Shown here: piece after piece, positions 19,469-28,746 of the stretch | How the letters are laid out: the number at the start of each line of letters is the position of its first letter | Numbering within the stretch: the stretch's first letter is position 1 | Source: Patescibacteria group bacterium | GTDB taxonomy: Bacteria; Patescibacteriota; Microgenomatia; UBA10105; UBA927 | Reading direction: 5' to 3' | DNA length: 64,000 bases | Assembly (NCBI GenBank): GCA_049322955.1 | Contig: JBMOPU010000012.1 | Span: 83,581-147,580, forward strand | Notes under the pieces: generated by a model | What the model was told of the DNA's origin: nothing | The model's database searches: none | What the model saw: the letters and a program-made list of their open reading frames with translations, nothing else | Translations under genes and position numbers: made by a program

Positions 19469-20678
19469 GACAATTCAGTCGAATGTCTTCGTAACGTATG
19501 CGTTGATTCTTACGATTATCTCCGGCATAGTATTTATCTTTCGAGGATATCCAGAAACAACGACCCCCCAAAGTCATCAGCGGGAACTGGGTATTTTTCA
19601 TCGAGTTGTTGTGGGTAATATTGCGCAAAATAACGGTCTTGTGGCGAGTAAATTCGGCATGCTGTTGCGTCTTCCAAAAGACGGCGAATACTACTATACA
19701 CACCATCCGACCTTATATACCGTACTTTTGTATAGCGTGTATAGCGTGATCGGAAAGTACGCATTTTTCCTCATGCCGTTTTTCACCTCGCTCGGGATCA
19801 TTTTGTGCCTCTACGTCGTTATCGCGAAAGCCTCTACTCTCCCCGTTGGTTTCTGGTCGGCGATGCTTTTGACAATTCATCCGTTATTTCTTCGTTATTC
19901 GTTATTTATAAACTACGATCCGTTAACGCTCCTCCTTGCGATACTTGCACTTGGTATATTTGTTTGGAGAGTCCTTGACAGAGAGAAACCGTCGTGGCTT
20001 CCGTTATATGCGGTGCTTATCGTGTCCATGCTTGTTGATTGGCCGGGATATTTTTTGACGTACTGCATACTCGCCTACTATGCGATCATAAAACGGTCGA
20101 TGCGCCTTGATACCCACTGTTATATCCTGTTTTTTCTGCCGATAGGGATGTTTTTGGGGTTTCTTGCGCATAACGTATGGTTAACCGGCTCCATAAACGG
20201 CGGAAATTTATTACGGACCTTCATCGGGCGGGTTTCGAATGCCGGAGAAGTTGATTTTTTCGGAGGCATACGTCCGAATAAACCCCCGTATGCAACGTAC
20301 GGTGATTTTTTGTTATTTCTTATCCATAACCTATTCCGTCACGGCACAATGCCGTACGTCATAAGCGGTCTCGCCGGCGCATTGATCGGCCGGCGCAGTT
20401 CTCACAGTAGTCGCATACGTCTCTTTAGCGGACTCGTATTTATCATCGGCATATCATTTCTCCTGGTCTTTAATTCATTCGCGTTTTATCATGATTTTTC
20501 TCTCCTGCAGGTGCTCCCGGCATTTACGGTGATGACTGCCGTGTTATTTTTTGAAGTCGTACGATGGATATCCAAACGTACAGATTTCATAGCAACGGGA
20601 TCATTTTTGACCACGGAGCGAGCGTATCACGTGCTCCTTTTTATTTTTGCGCTGTTCATTCTTATAACGGGGTCATGA
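19452..20678 (+). CDS. GT-C (ArnT/PMT_2-like) membrane glycosyltransferase
   Basis: YYTHHPTL, DWPGYF, many TM segments. Confidence 0.65.
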   Translation: MIILNKTIQSNVFVTYALILTIISGIVFIFRGYPETTTPQSHQRELGIFHRVVVGNIAQNNGLVASKFGMLLRLPKDGEYYYTHHPTLYTVLLYSVYSVIGKYAFFLMPFFTSLGIILCLYVVIAKASTLPVGFWSAMLLTIHPLFLRYSLFINYDPLTLLLAILALGIFVWRVLDREKPSWLPLYAVLIVSMLVDWPGYFLTYCILAYYAIIKRSMRLDTHCYILFFLPIGMFLGFLAHNVWLTGSINGGNLLRTFIGRVSNAGEVDFFGGIRPNKPPYATYGDFLLFLIHNLFRHGTMPYVISGLAGALIGRRSSHSSRIRLFSGLVFIIGISFLLVFNSFAFYHDFSLLQVLPAFTVMTAVLFFEVVRWISKRTDFIATGSFLTTERAYHVLLFIFALFILITGS

Positions 20679-20852
20679 CATGAGGGAAAAATCCCACATG
20701 AGGCGCCGCTGACGGCACCGCGGTCTTGGGATCCATCCGCTTCTGACCTATCCCCTTCCCCTCTTCAACACAGATAGCCGGCTTTTTGCTATGTTTTTTT
20801 ATTTATACTATAGTAACGCGGTGCAACCACATCGGAAGGAAACTTTATCGTC

Positions 20853-22028
20853 ATGAGAAAACGGATTATACGGACGGGCATTGTTCTATTTTCCTGTCTC
20901 GGTTCATTGTTGATACTAGAGATACTATTGGGAATTATCCGTCCCCGATATGGTCGGCTGGCATGGACCGAGGGTGAAGAAGGGTTCTTTCAGCTAGACG
21001 AACGGCGTATCTATCGGCTTAGTCCGTCGTCCTCGTACCCGAAGGAAGAAACGGATTCCCTCTTTTACCGAACAAACGACCGAGGGTTTCGCTATGCGCC
21101 AGAAGCGTCTCCTGCCGGAGAAACAAAAATGAGGATTCTTATGGTCGGTGACTCGTTCACGTTTGGAAAAGGCGTATCACATGAAGAAGCGTACCCGGCA
21201 CGCGTACAATCCATCCTCAACAGCACCGGTATCCCCGCTGAAGTAGTAAATGCCGGGGTTCCCGGATACGGGATTGACCAGGAATACCGCTATCTCACGG
21301 ACGAATTAATTCCTCAGCAATCACCAGACATCATCGTGTGGAATCTTAATGCAAATGATGTCGATGACACGAATAAAGCCTGTCTGTATGCGGTGCGCAG
21401 TAGCACGCTCGTGCCATTCTCCGGCCGACGAAACCTTTTGTATTTACAGGGTGTTTTTGCGAAAAAATCCCCGCCGATGTTTAAGAAAAGTAATATTTTC
21501 CGATTTCTGCTCTATACATCAAACGCCATTATCGGATCAGACAGATTTACGTTCGGGTGCAGTGCCCCGATCAGAGGTTCCCGTGAAGTTATGTACCGCG
21601 CATTTCGCGAAAAGCTTGCAATCTATCTTCCGCGTGTCCGTGCCGCCCTCTCAAAAAGAAATGCGAAACTGATCATTACCATGATGCCATTTGAATATTA
21701 TTTTGACCCCCGTCGCACCAACGATCCGATCATCGCCGATTATCACGCCATACAACAAACGCTCGCAGCTTTGTCGGAATCGAATGTCGATTTGAATGAA
21801 GTAATCGCCGCCCAACGTGATCCTGGTTTGTATTCCCTGCGGACAGGGCGGATGATACCGCCCGAATTGCCCGATGAATCCGGTTCGCCCCAACCCGGAG
21901 GAAATATTATTGAGTCGCTTTATCTTCCGGAAAAAAACCCGTTTGACGGTGCCCACCTTAACGGGCTTGGAAACAATTTTATTGCACAGCATGTGGCGGA
22001 GGTTCTCCGGGAGGCATTGCTCCCATGA
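20853..22028 (+). CDS. SGNH/GDSL hydrolase/acyltransferase family, membrane anchored
   Basis: VGDSFTFG, NAGVPGYG, NAND, DGAHLNGLGN. Confidence 0.85.
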   Translation: MRKRIIRTGIVLFSCLGSLLILEILLGIIRPRYGRLAWTEGEEGFFQLDERRIYRLSPSSSYPKEETDSLFYRTNDRGFRYAPEASPAGETKMRILMVGDSFTFGKGVSHEEAYPARVQSILNSTGIPAEVVNAGVPGYGIDQEYRYLTDELIPQQSPDIIVWNLNANDVDDTNKACLYAVRSSTLVPFSGRRNLLYLQGVFAKKSPPMFKKSNIFRFLLYTSNAIIGSDRFTFGCSAPIRGSREVMYRAFREKLAIYLPRVRAALSKRNAKLIITMMPFEYYFDPRRTNDPIIADYHAIQQTLAALSESNVDLNEVIAAQRDPGLYSLRTGRMIPPELPDESGSPQPGGNIIESLYLPEKNPFDGAHLNGLGNNFIAQHVAEVLREALLP

Positions 22029-22876
22029 GCCTGACCCTCTCTCTCCTTGTTTCGTATTCCGGTGACAGACTCGAACAGTTTCACCGTGCACTGCACTCGA
22101 TTTTTTGTCAGCAGTCGGATATGCGAGGGGTGGAATTATTGGTGCTCAATGACAGCGAACAGACGAGTCCTCTCTCGCTCCTACGACGCTACACGGGAAA
22201 GTTCCCCATACGGTATTTCGAAATGAAAAACCCCACACGGAAGGCATATGTAAACAGCGCGTCACGAAGAAATTTTTTGGTGAAGAAAGCCCGGGGCCAC
22301 TACCTGTTGATCACTGATCCCGAAGTGGTGCATCTTTCGCCGACGATTCACCAGATCAGATCCGCGTTTGCAACGCAGGGAGACGGCATATGGTATTGTG
22401 GCCCTGTTTTGGCAACATCATCCGTAGTGACGCCATCGGGGAGACTTGCCTACTATGATAGGCGACAAGAACGAAATATGCGATTGCTTTGGGGTCCCCC
22501 TCCGGTGAAGGAAAAACCGATACACACGTCATGGTATATGAATAACGCAGAATATACGAGTATTAACGATCCGCACTTTACCGAATTTTTCTGGTGTACC
22601 GCGATGGCAAAATCGCAGGTGGTTGCCGTTGAGGGATGCAATGAATCTTTTAAGGTATACGGGTACGAGGAAATAGAATTATTTCGCTTATTGTACAAAC
22701 GGGGAGTTCGTCGTCTCTATGATCCGGCATACATTACCTGCCATCTGCCCCATCGCATTGCACTTTCGCCGGCGGAGCAACGATATTGGTGGATATACAA
22801 CCGATATCAAAAGCGTCTTCCCCAGCCGAATTGGGGAACGCTACACGGAACGGAAACGAAAGAAGTTAAGCTATGA
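22025..22876 (+). CDS. GT2 glycosyltransferase
   Basis: LLVLND, SRRNFLVKKARG, ITDPE, GCNESFKVYGYEE, HLPH. Confidence 0.75.
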   Translation: MSLTLSLLVSYSGDRLEQFHRALHSIFCQQSDMRGVELLVLNDSEQTSPLSLLRRYTGKFPIRYFEMKNPTRKAYVNSASRRNFLVKKARGHYLLITDPEVVHLSPTIHQIRSAFATQGDGIWYCGPVLATSSVVTPSGRLAYYDRRQERNMRLLWGPPPVKEKPIHTSWYMNNAEYTSINDPHFTEFFWCTAMAKSQVVAVEGCNESFKVYGYEEIELFRLLYKRGVRRLYDPAYITCHLPHRIALSPAEQRYWWIYNRYQKRLPQPNWGTLHGTETKEVKL

Positions 22877-23490
22877 AACAAAAAAACTCATTTCTTATTG
22901 TGATCCTTGCCACTAAACGGATTGAAGATCACCCTAAGGTGTTGCAGGAACAGATGAGTGCGTTGGCAACAGTCGGGCGCATTGTCTATGTCTGTCGTTG
23001 TGAAACAAACTTTCTGGTCGCCGTTGCGAAATTTTTACGAAAACGGGTATCAGACAACTATGGAAAACCCGGGCGTTGCCCCGACGTCACTCGTCTCTAT
23101 GTGTATAGTCCGCTCCCCTTTCTCCGTTTTGCATTCGTGCGGCGGATACATACCTTGCTCTACGATTTTGTGGCAGTGTGGAGCACGCGATGGTGGTTGT
23201 TATCTGAAAAACCTCTCGCCCATGCGGTGTGGATGATGCATACGGATTTGTATAAATACCTACATGTATGGCAAAAAAGCATCCTGATTATCGATACCAT
23301 CGATCATGATAAAGATAAGGATAAACACGGAATATTTATGAAGCGGTATCGCACGACGGGAATTTTCATACATAAAAAGGGAGTGCCGACACTTGCGGTC
23401 GTGCCGTGGGGAGCAACACAACAAGAACGGATAAAAAAAACTATCGCAAAAATTACCGAAATGATGAATCTTTCAGTGTCTTCCCCGTGA
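22873..23490 (+). CDS. Hypothetical protein, probably an internally deleted GT-B remnant
   Basis: YVYSPLPFLRF / AVWM / IIDTIDH resemble the N-domain of the 12179-13369 GT; no C-terminal GT motif. Confidence 0.45.
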   Translation: MKQKNSFLIVILATKRIEDHPKVLQEQMSALATVGRIVYVCRCETNFLVAVAKFLRKRVSDNYGKPGRCPDVTRLYVYSPLPFLRFAFVRRIHTLLYDFVAVWSTRWWLLSEKPLAHAVWMMHTDLYKYLHVWQKSILIIDTIDHDKDKDKHGIFMKRYRTTGIFIHKKGVPTLAVVPWGATQQERIKKTIAKITEMMNLSVSSP

Positions 23491-24700
23491 TTGTGCGGTC
23501 AATCAGCGCGAGAAAATATGCCGTAGCAGAGGGTTTGTTGAATGTGGCGGCAACCTCCGTACAACGCTTACTCAGTTTCCTATACGAATGACTCGAAAGC
23601 CGCATCATCCATTGCATCTTTTTTGCAAAAACAAGCGGATCCGGTGAGGGAATAATAAGTCGCGGATCTACTTTTGTAAGAAGTTCAGGAATGGCTCCTT
23701 CATTGGAGCCTAACACGGGCCGTCCGTAGGTGAACGCTTCCAACGCGACATACCCGAACATTTCTAAATTAACCGAAGGAAACAACACACAGTCACTTGC
23801 CTGATACAACCGCGAAAGCAGATGTTTGGGAAGATGAGGAAGAAACACAAGATGATTTTCTAAATTGCGGGCACGAATCCAGGATAGCCATTTCTCTCGA
23901 TGGGCGTGGTCAGCATACCCGGAAAATACGATCGTATAATCCGGACTCGTAAGATACGGCAGTGCGGCAAATACCCGTTCGGGCTGTTTCCACGGTTCAA
24001 ATCGGGAGGGAAATAAAAAAACAAAGTCGTTTTGCGGAATACCAAAACGTTTCCGTACGCTTCTCTTAGTCTGCAGGTTCAGTCTCCTTTTTTGTGTTGG
24101 GGAAATAAACCCCGGAATAATACGGATGGGTTTTGTGACATGATAATACGTTTGTAAGAGACGCATGGCATACGTGCTATAGGTAAGAATAGTAGGAAAA
24201 GCAGACAGGCCTATCCAAGTAATCCAATAATAGAGCAATGATCTGAACCGGTTCAGAATCCCCGAGTCCATTGCAAAGTTCTTTTTTAGTTCTAAGTCCA
24301 ACGGACTGATGAAAAAAAACAGCCGTGGGATGCGTAACACCAAAAGGGGAAAAGACAGTGCGGCCGTTGCGATTGGGCCGACGCATAATACCAGCGAAAT
24401 CTTTTTTTGCGTGATAATCCGGAAAAAAAGCCTGAGGGTCTGAAGTACGATCCGTAGTTTATTTCCGGGACCGTGGTACGAGCGAAGCGGCATGTGATAG
24501 ATGCGGTCCGCATCCTGAAACCGTTTTCTGAATGTCGCATCGTGACGATGCGTGGTAACGGTGAGGATATGTACGTGATACCCGTTTTTTTTGAGGAGAG
24601 TGGATGTCTCGGCGACAAGCGTACTCATACCGCCGTATCCGAGCATCTCCGCCACCAAAAGCACCGTTTGTGCGGTGTGATGCTTCGGGTGGGGTTTCAT
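23453..24700 (-). CDS. GT4 glycosyltransferase
   Basis: YGGM, SRFEPWK, EMFGYVALEAFTYG, GAIPELL. Confidence 0.85.
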   Translation of the reverse strand: MKPHPKHHTAQTVLLVAEMLGYGGMSTLVAETSTLLKKNGYHVHILTVTTHRHDATFRKRFQDADRIYHMPLRSYHGPGNKLRIVLQTLRLFFRIITQKKISLVLCVGPIATAALSFPLLVLRIPRLFFFISPLDLELKKNFAMDSGILNRFRSLLYYWITWIGLSAFPTILTYSTYAMRLLQTYYHVTKPIRIIPGFISPTQKRRLNLQTKRSVRKRFGIPQNDFVFLFPSRFEPWKQPERVFAALPYLTSPDYTIVFSGYADHAHREKWLSWIRARNLENHLVFLPHLPKHLLSRLYQASDCVLFPSVNLEMFGYVALEAFTYGRPVLGSNEGAIPELLTKVDPRLIIPSPDPLVFAKKMQWMMRLSSHSYRKLSKRCTEVAATFNKPSATAYFLALIDRTITGKTLKDSSFR

Positions 24701-24716
24701 GGGTATTCTGAAATCG

Positions 24717-25361
24717 CTATTTTGATGGATCGGCAAACTGCATAACCGCATGCCGTAACAATCTGCGTTTTGACGCCGCAAGCTTGGGCATACCTGCAAG
24801 CTGTGTCCACCATTCCGTACTCGCCACCGCTTCGGCATTTGCCGCGAGACGCCGGGATTGCGGGAGAGTAAGTTGTTTTTTGGAATATTTCAACCATTTC
24901 TTTGCTTCCGTATATCCCTGTTCGACAAGAATATTTTCCTGAAATAGCTGATCCAATATATCCGCATCTTTTACCACTTTTGCCGCAAGCGACTTTTGGG
25001 CAAGAAAGGTATGATAGTGCGTAAGAAAGATACTACGGATAGTTGGCGGCAACGGATGGATGATATCGGTAAAGGCGTCGGTTTCCGCCTTTGTTTGATA
25101 CCGCTTATGCACGAAATTGGCATCACCAACCCGTGATTCCGCAATATCATGAATGAGCGCCATGAGGCTTACCTCCTGCAAATTCGCTCCGACCTCTTCC
25201 GCAAGCAGTAAGGCGATCATTGTGACATTGTATGAGTGGTCGGCTATGGATCCCATGTCGACGTTGAATGTTTGGTAAGAACTTCTTCTGATACGCTGGA
25301 GTGAACGAATTTCATTGATAAAGTTCACAACGCCGTTATCTTTTTTGAATGCTTTTTTCAT
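24717..25361 (-). CDS. HD-domain phosphohydrolase (YfbR/HDDC2-like)
   Basis: SIADHSY, ALIHDIAESRVGD, VKDADILD. Confidence 0.85.
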   Translation of the reverse strand: MKKAFKKDNGVVNFINEIRSLQRIRRSSYQTFNVDMGSIADHSYNVTMIALLLAEEVGANLQEVSLMALIHDIAESRVGDANFVHKRYQTKAETDAFTDIIHPLPPTIRSIFLTHYHTFLAQKSLAAKVVKDADILDQLFQENILVEQGYTEAKKWLKYSKKQLTLPQSRRLAANAEAVASTEWWTQLAGMPKLAASKRRLLRHAVMQFADPSK

Positions 25362-26301
25362 ACGAGTGTTGCAGGGCAACGGTTATTCTTCTGGTGGCGT
25401 TGTGTATTTTACTTTGGACCATTCCCATCGGCAAGTCTGTCCAATAGACCGTGTGATCGCATATTCCCGCCCGTTCGTACGCCTCTTTTCTTGTCCGACA
25501 TCCGTCACATCTCCCGCAATGGTACACCCCTCCCCAGTAACAACTCCATGTTTTTTCAAGCGGCATGCCATAATGATTCGCCCATTGGATAAGCGTTTCT
25601 TTTTCCCAAAAATATCCGCACTCTCTTTCCAGCGCGAGTGAGGCGATCTGCCATGACGAATCGTTGGTAAGTACGATAGTATTCATGGTCACCGAACGAA
25701 GCGCGGTGAATGTTTCATACGCCATACCGACCCCGTCCTTGGCGATAAAACTGTTAAATACGGTACGTATCCTTACTCCCCGGGTTAACTCCAGGTATCG
25801 GGCATATTGGACCGCATACCCGTTCAATAGCGATGAGTACATCGGGATCCCGTGTCGTTGAAGCGTTGTAGTATTGAAAATAGCGTCCGCAACGTCCGTA
25901 ATTCTCCATCGGATTTCCCGTGGCGGTATCGGTGCATTGATGAGTATCGGCTGATGATACTGCGAAGGGTATTGCTTCTGGAAAAAATCGGTAAAAAAGT
26001 AAAACGATCGAAGCTCCTTCGCAACGCGTCGATGTCCTCTTTTTATATATAACGGGTAAATATGCAATCCGTATTTTCTCATAAGAATGTCGCTAGCGAC
26101 CGTGCTGTCCAGACCGCCGGAAGAGAGCATGATAACCGGCGTGTTGGGTCGGGGCATGCGGAATATATATCCGCGTGTTTTCAATAAAAACGATTCGATA
26201 CTTGCGACCGCCGGCATGTTTTCCAGCGGGCGTTTTTGTAAAAGCATTGTGATGGTATTTTTCTGTTTTCGGGGAAGGATATAAGCGGTCTGCTTCTTCA
26301 T
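25336..26301 (-). CDS. QueC-like PP-loop ATPase (7-cyano-7-deazaguanine synthase family), divergent
   Basis: LSSGGLDSTV PP-loop; TWSCY...HCGRCDGCRTRKEA zinc motif; canonical YVPxRN motif absent. Confidence 0.8.
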   Translation of the reverse strand: MKKQTAYILPRKQKNTITMLLQKRPLENMPAVASIESFLLKTRGYIFRMPRPNTPVIMLSSGGLDSTVASDILMRKYGLHIYPLYIKRGHRRVAKELRSFYFFTDFFQKQYPSQYHQPILINAPIPPREIRWRITDVADAIFNTTTLQRHGIPMYSSLLNGYAVQYARYLELTRGVRIRTVFNSFIAKDGVGMAYETFTALRSVTMNTIVLTNDSSWQIASLALERECGYFWEKETLIQWANHYGMPLEKTWSCYWGGVYHCGRCDGCRTRKEAYERAGICDHTVYWTDLPMGMVQSKIHNATRRITVALQHSYEKSIQKR

Positions 26302-26318
26302 GGAGAATAGTAATTTTT

Positions 26319-27008
26319 TTACAGATGCGCGGTATGGATTTTTCCGTTTTTAAGCTCAAACACCCGTTCGCAATTTCGTCGAATATACTCAAGCCAGTGC
26401 GATGCTATGATAAATGTCTTGTTTTCTTTAATCAACTGCTTTAAGACGCGCTGGGATTTGCGGCGAAATTCGGCATCCCCTACTCCAAATCCCTCGTCGA
26501 GTATAAAAATATCGGGATTGGATTGTATTGCAACGGAGAATCCGAGACGCAACATCATCCCCTCGGAATAGGTATAAAGAGGAACATCGACAAACTGACC
26601 GATATCGGCAAATGCGATGATCTCGTTGAGTTTTTGATCGATCGTCCGTTTGGACATACCCAACAGCATGCCGTTCAGATAAATATTCTGAATACCCGAC
26701 AGTTCGGGATGGAAGCCTGCCTCTAGATCAATAAGCGATACGACTTTTCCATATCGTTTTACCGTTCCGCTAGTGGGAGTGGTAATCCCCGCAATTATTT
26801 TGAGCAGGGTTGTTTTTCCACTGCCGTTCGGCCCGATTATTCCTATTTTTTCCCCTCGCTTCACCGTCAAATTTATTTTTTGGAGTGCCCAGAATGTTTC
26901 GTGATCGTGTTTCACGAACTTTTCCACGAGCGTTGGCTTTTCATGATGGATTTCATATTTCTTGCTTACGTGATTTAACTCGATGGCAATATCGTATGTT
27001 GTGTTCAT
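26319..27008 (-). CDS. wzt: Polysaccharide ABC exporter ATPase (Wzt/TagH-like), no C-terminal carbohydrate-binding domain
   Basis: GPNGSGKTT, AGFHPELSG, YSEGMMLRLGF, ILDEGFGVGD. Confidence 0.92.
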   Translation of the reverse strand: MNTTYDIAIELNHVSKKYEIHHEKPTLVEKFVKHDHETFWALQKINLTVKRGEKIGIIGPNGSGKTTLLKIIAGITTPTSGTVKRYGKVVSLIDLEAGFHPELSGIQNIYLNGMLLGMSKRTIDQKLNEIIAFADIGQFVDVPLYTYSEGMMLRLGFSVAIQSNPDIFILDEGFGVGDAEFRRKSQRVLKQLIKENKTFIIASHWLEYIRRNCERVFELKNGKIHTAHL

Positions 27009-27772
27009 AACCAGTCATCAAATGTTTTGCTTTCTTTTTCAAAGATCAGTATTCCCAAAAAGGCAACCCCAAGGATAACGCTGATGTTACTCACAAGCAT
27101 TGCGGGGCCCGGCGCGGGAGCGCCGATGAGCGCATGTTGAAACAACTGGACAATCGAGGTGAGGGGATTAATCCGCCAAAGCCACAATACTTCCTTGGGT
27201 AACTGGATAAAAGAGTAGACGATCGGTGTCGCGTAGAACCATACGATCAGGATAGCCTGAACAAAAAAATTAACGTCTCTGAATCGAACGTTGAGCGCCG
27301 ACGTCAAAAGCGAAATTCCGGAAGTAAATATGAGTAGTAACGCCAGGGCAATACCACTATACACGGGCGCAAGCGGTGTCATCGTGCCCAGCAAAAGTGT
27401 GGGAAGAAGAAAAATAAGAAACCCCGCGGTGAAATGGATAAAGTTTGAAACAACGATGGATAGAGGAATAATACCTCGCGGAAACGCTGACTTCTTTACG
27501 AGTGAACGTTCATACACAATCGAGGGAGTTGCCTTGGTTAACGAAGTTGAAAAAAAATTCCAGGTAAGCAGGCCGATATATAAATAATAGTAATAATGCG
27601 GAATCGGCTCCTGTACAAAGAGGGTAAAAATAAAACCGATCACCATCATTTGAAGCAACGGATTGATGATCAGCCAGAGAAAACCGAATGCGGTGTTTTT
27701 GTAGCGGGACTGCAATTCCTTTTGGGTCATTCCCCACAAAAGTTCAAAAAAATGCCGGGTATCCGTTGTCAT
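27005..27772 (-). CDS. wzm: Polysaccharide ABC exporter permease (Wzm/TagG-like)
   Basis: RYKNTAFGFLWLIINPL, RFRDV, FYATPIVY, INPL. Confidence 0.92.
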   Translation of the reverse strand: MTTDTRHFFELLWGMTQKELQSRYKNTAFGFLWLIINPLLQMMVIGFIFTLFVQEPIPHYYYYLYIGLLTWNFFSTSLTKATPSIVYERSLVKKSAFPRGIIPLSIVVSNFIHFTAGFLIFLLPTLLLGTMTPLAPVYSGIALALLLIFTSGISLLTSALNVRFRDVNFFVQAILIVWFYATPIVYSFIQLPKEVLWLWRINPLTSIVQLFQHALIGAPAPGPAMLVSNISVILGVAFLGILIFEKESKTFDDWL

Positions 27773-27961
27773 GGGGAGTATTATAATAGACCATCTATCA
27801 AATATGATACAGTAAATTCTTCTTCAGTAACGTGCCATGAGTGAAACAGACCCGTGATGAGGGAAAAAGATGGCGCCAGATGCACAAAAAAATACTTTAT
27901 CACTGCGGGCACGGTATGTCATGCTGGCGCATGCCCTAAGGAAATTGGTATAGTATCGCAT

Positions 27962-28573
27962 ATGCGGATCATGTATTGGCTACATTATATTGCCATAGTC
28001 GCTCTCTTTATCCTGTCGTTGCCGTTTCAAGTCGGCATTGCGCTGCTCATCCTGTTTATTGACGGATCACCGGTAATTTTTTGTCAGCGACGGGTCGGGA
28101 AGGACGGGAAATCCTTCATGATGTATAAGTTCCGTACCATGGTGAACGGTGCCGAAAAAAAACAGCCCAAATATATACGCCTGAATGAATCGCAGGGACC
28201 CGCCTTCAAAATTCATGACGATCCCCGCTTCACGAAGCTGGGCAAGTTCTTAAGCCATACGGGGCTTGATGAATTGCCGCAACTTGTGAATGTGCTGGAG
28301 GGTTATATGACCCTCATCGGTCCCCGCCCGCTCCCCGTAGCTGAGGCAAAGAAGTTAAAAAAATGGATGAAAGCACGGGAAAAAATGCGCCCCGGCATCA
28401 TTTCCCCCGCCATACTCACGGGGAAGTATCATGAGAATTTTGATGCCTGGATGAAAAGTGATATATCATACGTGAACCAAAAAGACCCGTTTCGTGATGT
28501 GCGGCTCTTTTTCAAAAGTTTTCCGTTTTTGGCGAAATTATTTCTCCGAAGTATCCGCGAGAGTAAGTCTTGA
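27962..28573 (+). CDS. Small monotopic phosphoglycosyl transferase (bacterial sugar transferase, PglC/WcaJ C-terminal type)
   Basis: YKFRTM, DPRFTKLGKFL, LDELPQLVNVL, GPRP. Confidence 0.9.
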   Translation: MRIMYWLHYIAIVALFILSLPFQVGIALLILFIDGSPVIFCQRRVGKDGKSFMMYKFRTMVNGAEKKQPKYIRLNESQGPAFKIHDDPRFTKLGKFLSHTGLDELPQLVNVLEGYMTLIGPRPLPVAEAKKLKKWMKAREKMRPGIISPAILTGKYHENFDAWMKSDISYVNQKDPFRDVRLFFKSFPFLAKLFLRSIRESKS

Positions 28574-28602
28574 CAACGTCTGTGTATATATATGTATACT
28601 AT
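28570..28602 (+). promoter_or_regulatory. Sigma70-type promoter for a short leader transcript
   Basis: TTGACA 28570-28575; TATACT 28595-28600 (19 nt spacer) overlapping TACTAT. Confidence 0.5.
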
Positions 28603-28609
28603 ATACGTA

Positions 28610-28654
28610 ATGCGCGACAGCAATTTTTCCAATCGGACAATTTTCTTTTTATAG
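28610..28654 (+). CDS. Putative 14-aa leader peptide MRDSNFSNRTIFFL
   Basis: ATG 28610 to TAG 28654, lying between a promoter and a terminator. Confidence 0.4.
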   Translation: MRDSNFSNRTIFFL

Positions 28655-28671
28655 TATATAGGTCGCTTTAT

Positions 28672-28695
28672 ACCCGGTTAACCACCGGGTTTTTT
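28672..28695 (+). terminator. Intrinsic terminator
   Basis: ACCCGG-ttaacca-CCGGGT followed by a T tract. Confidence 0.7.
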
Positions 28696-28707
28696 ATAGG
28701 AATAGAG

Positions 28708-28737
28708 TTGACAACCGTTGATTTATAATGTTACTAT
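28708..28737 (+). promoter_or_regulatory. Sigma70 promoter with extended -10, just upstream of ATG 28747
   Basis: TTGACA 28708-28713, 18 nt spacer, TGnTACTAT 28729-28737. Confidence 0.65.
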
Positions 28738-28746
28738 AGGTTAATT

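Noticed and set aside
25336-26301. QueC as part of Qat, CBASS IV or Dpd defence
   Set aside because: No KAP ATPase, TatD, cyclase, TGT or DpdA neighbours.
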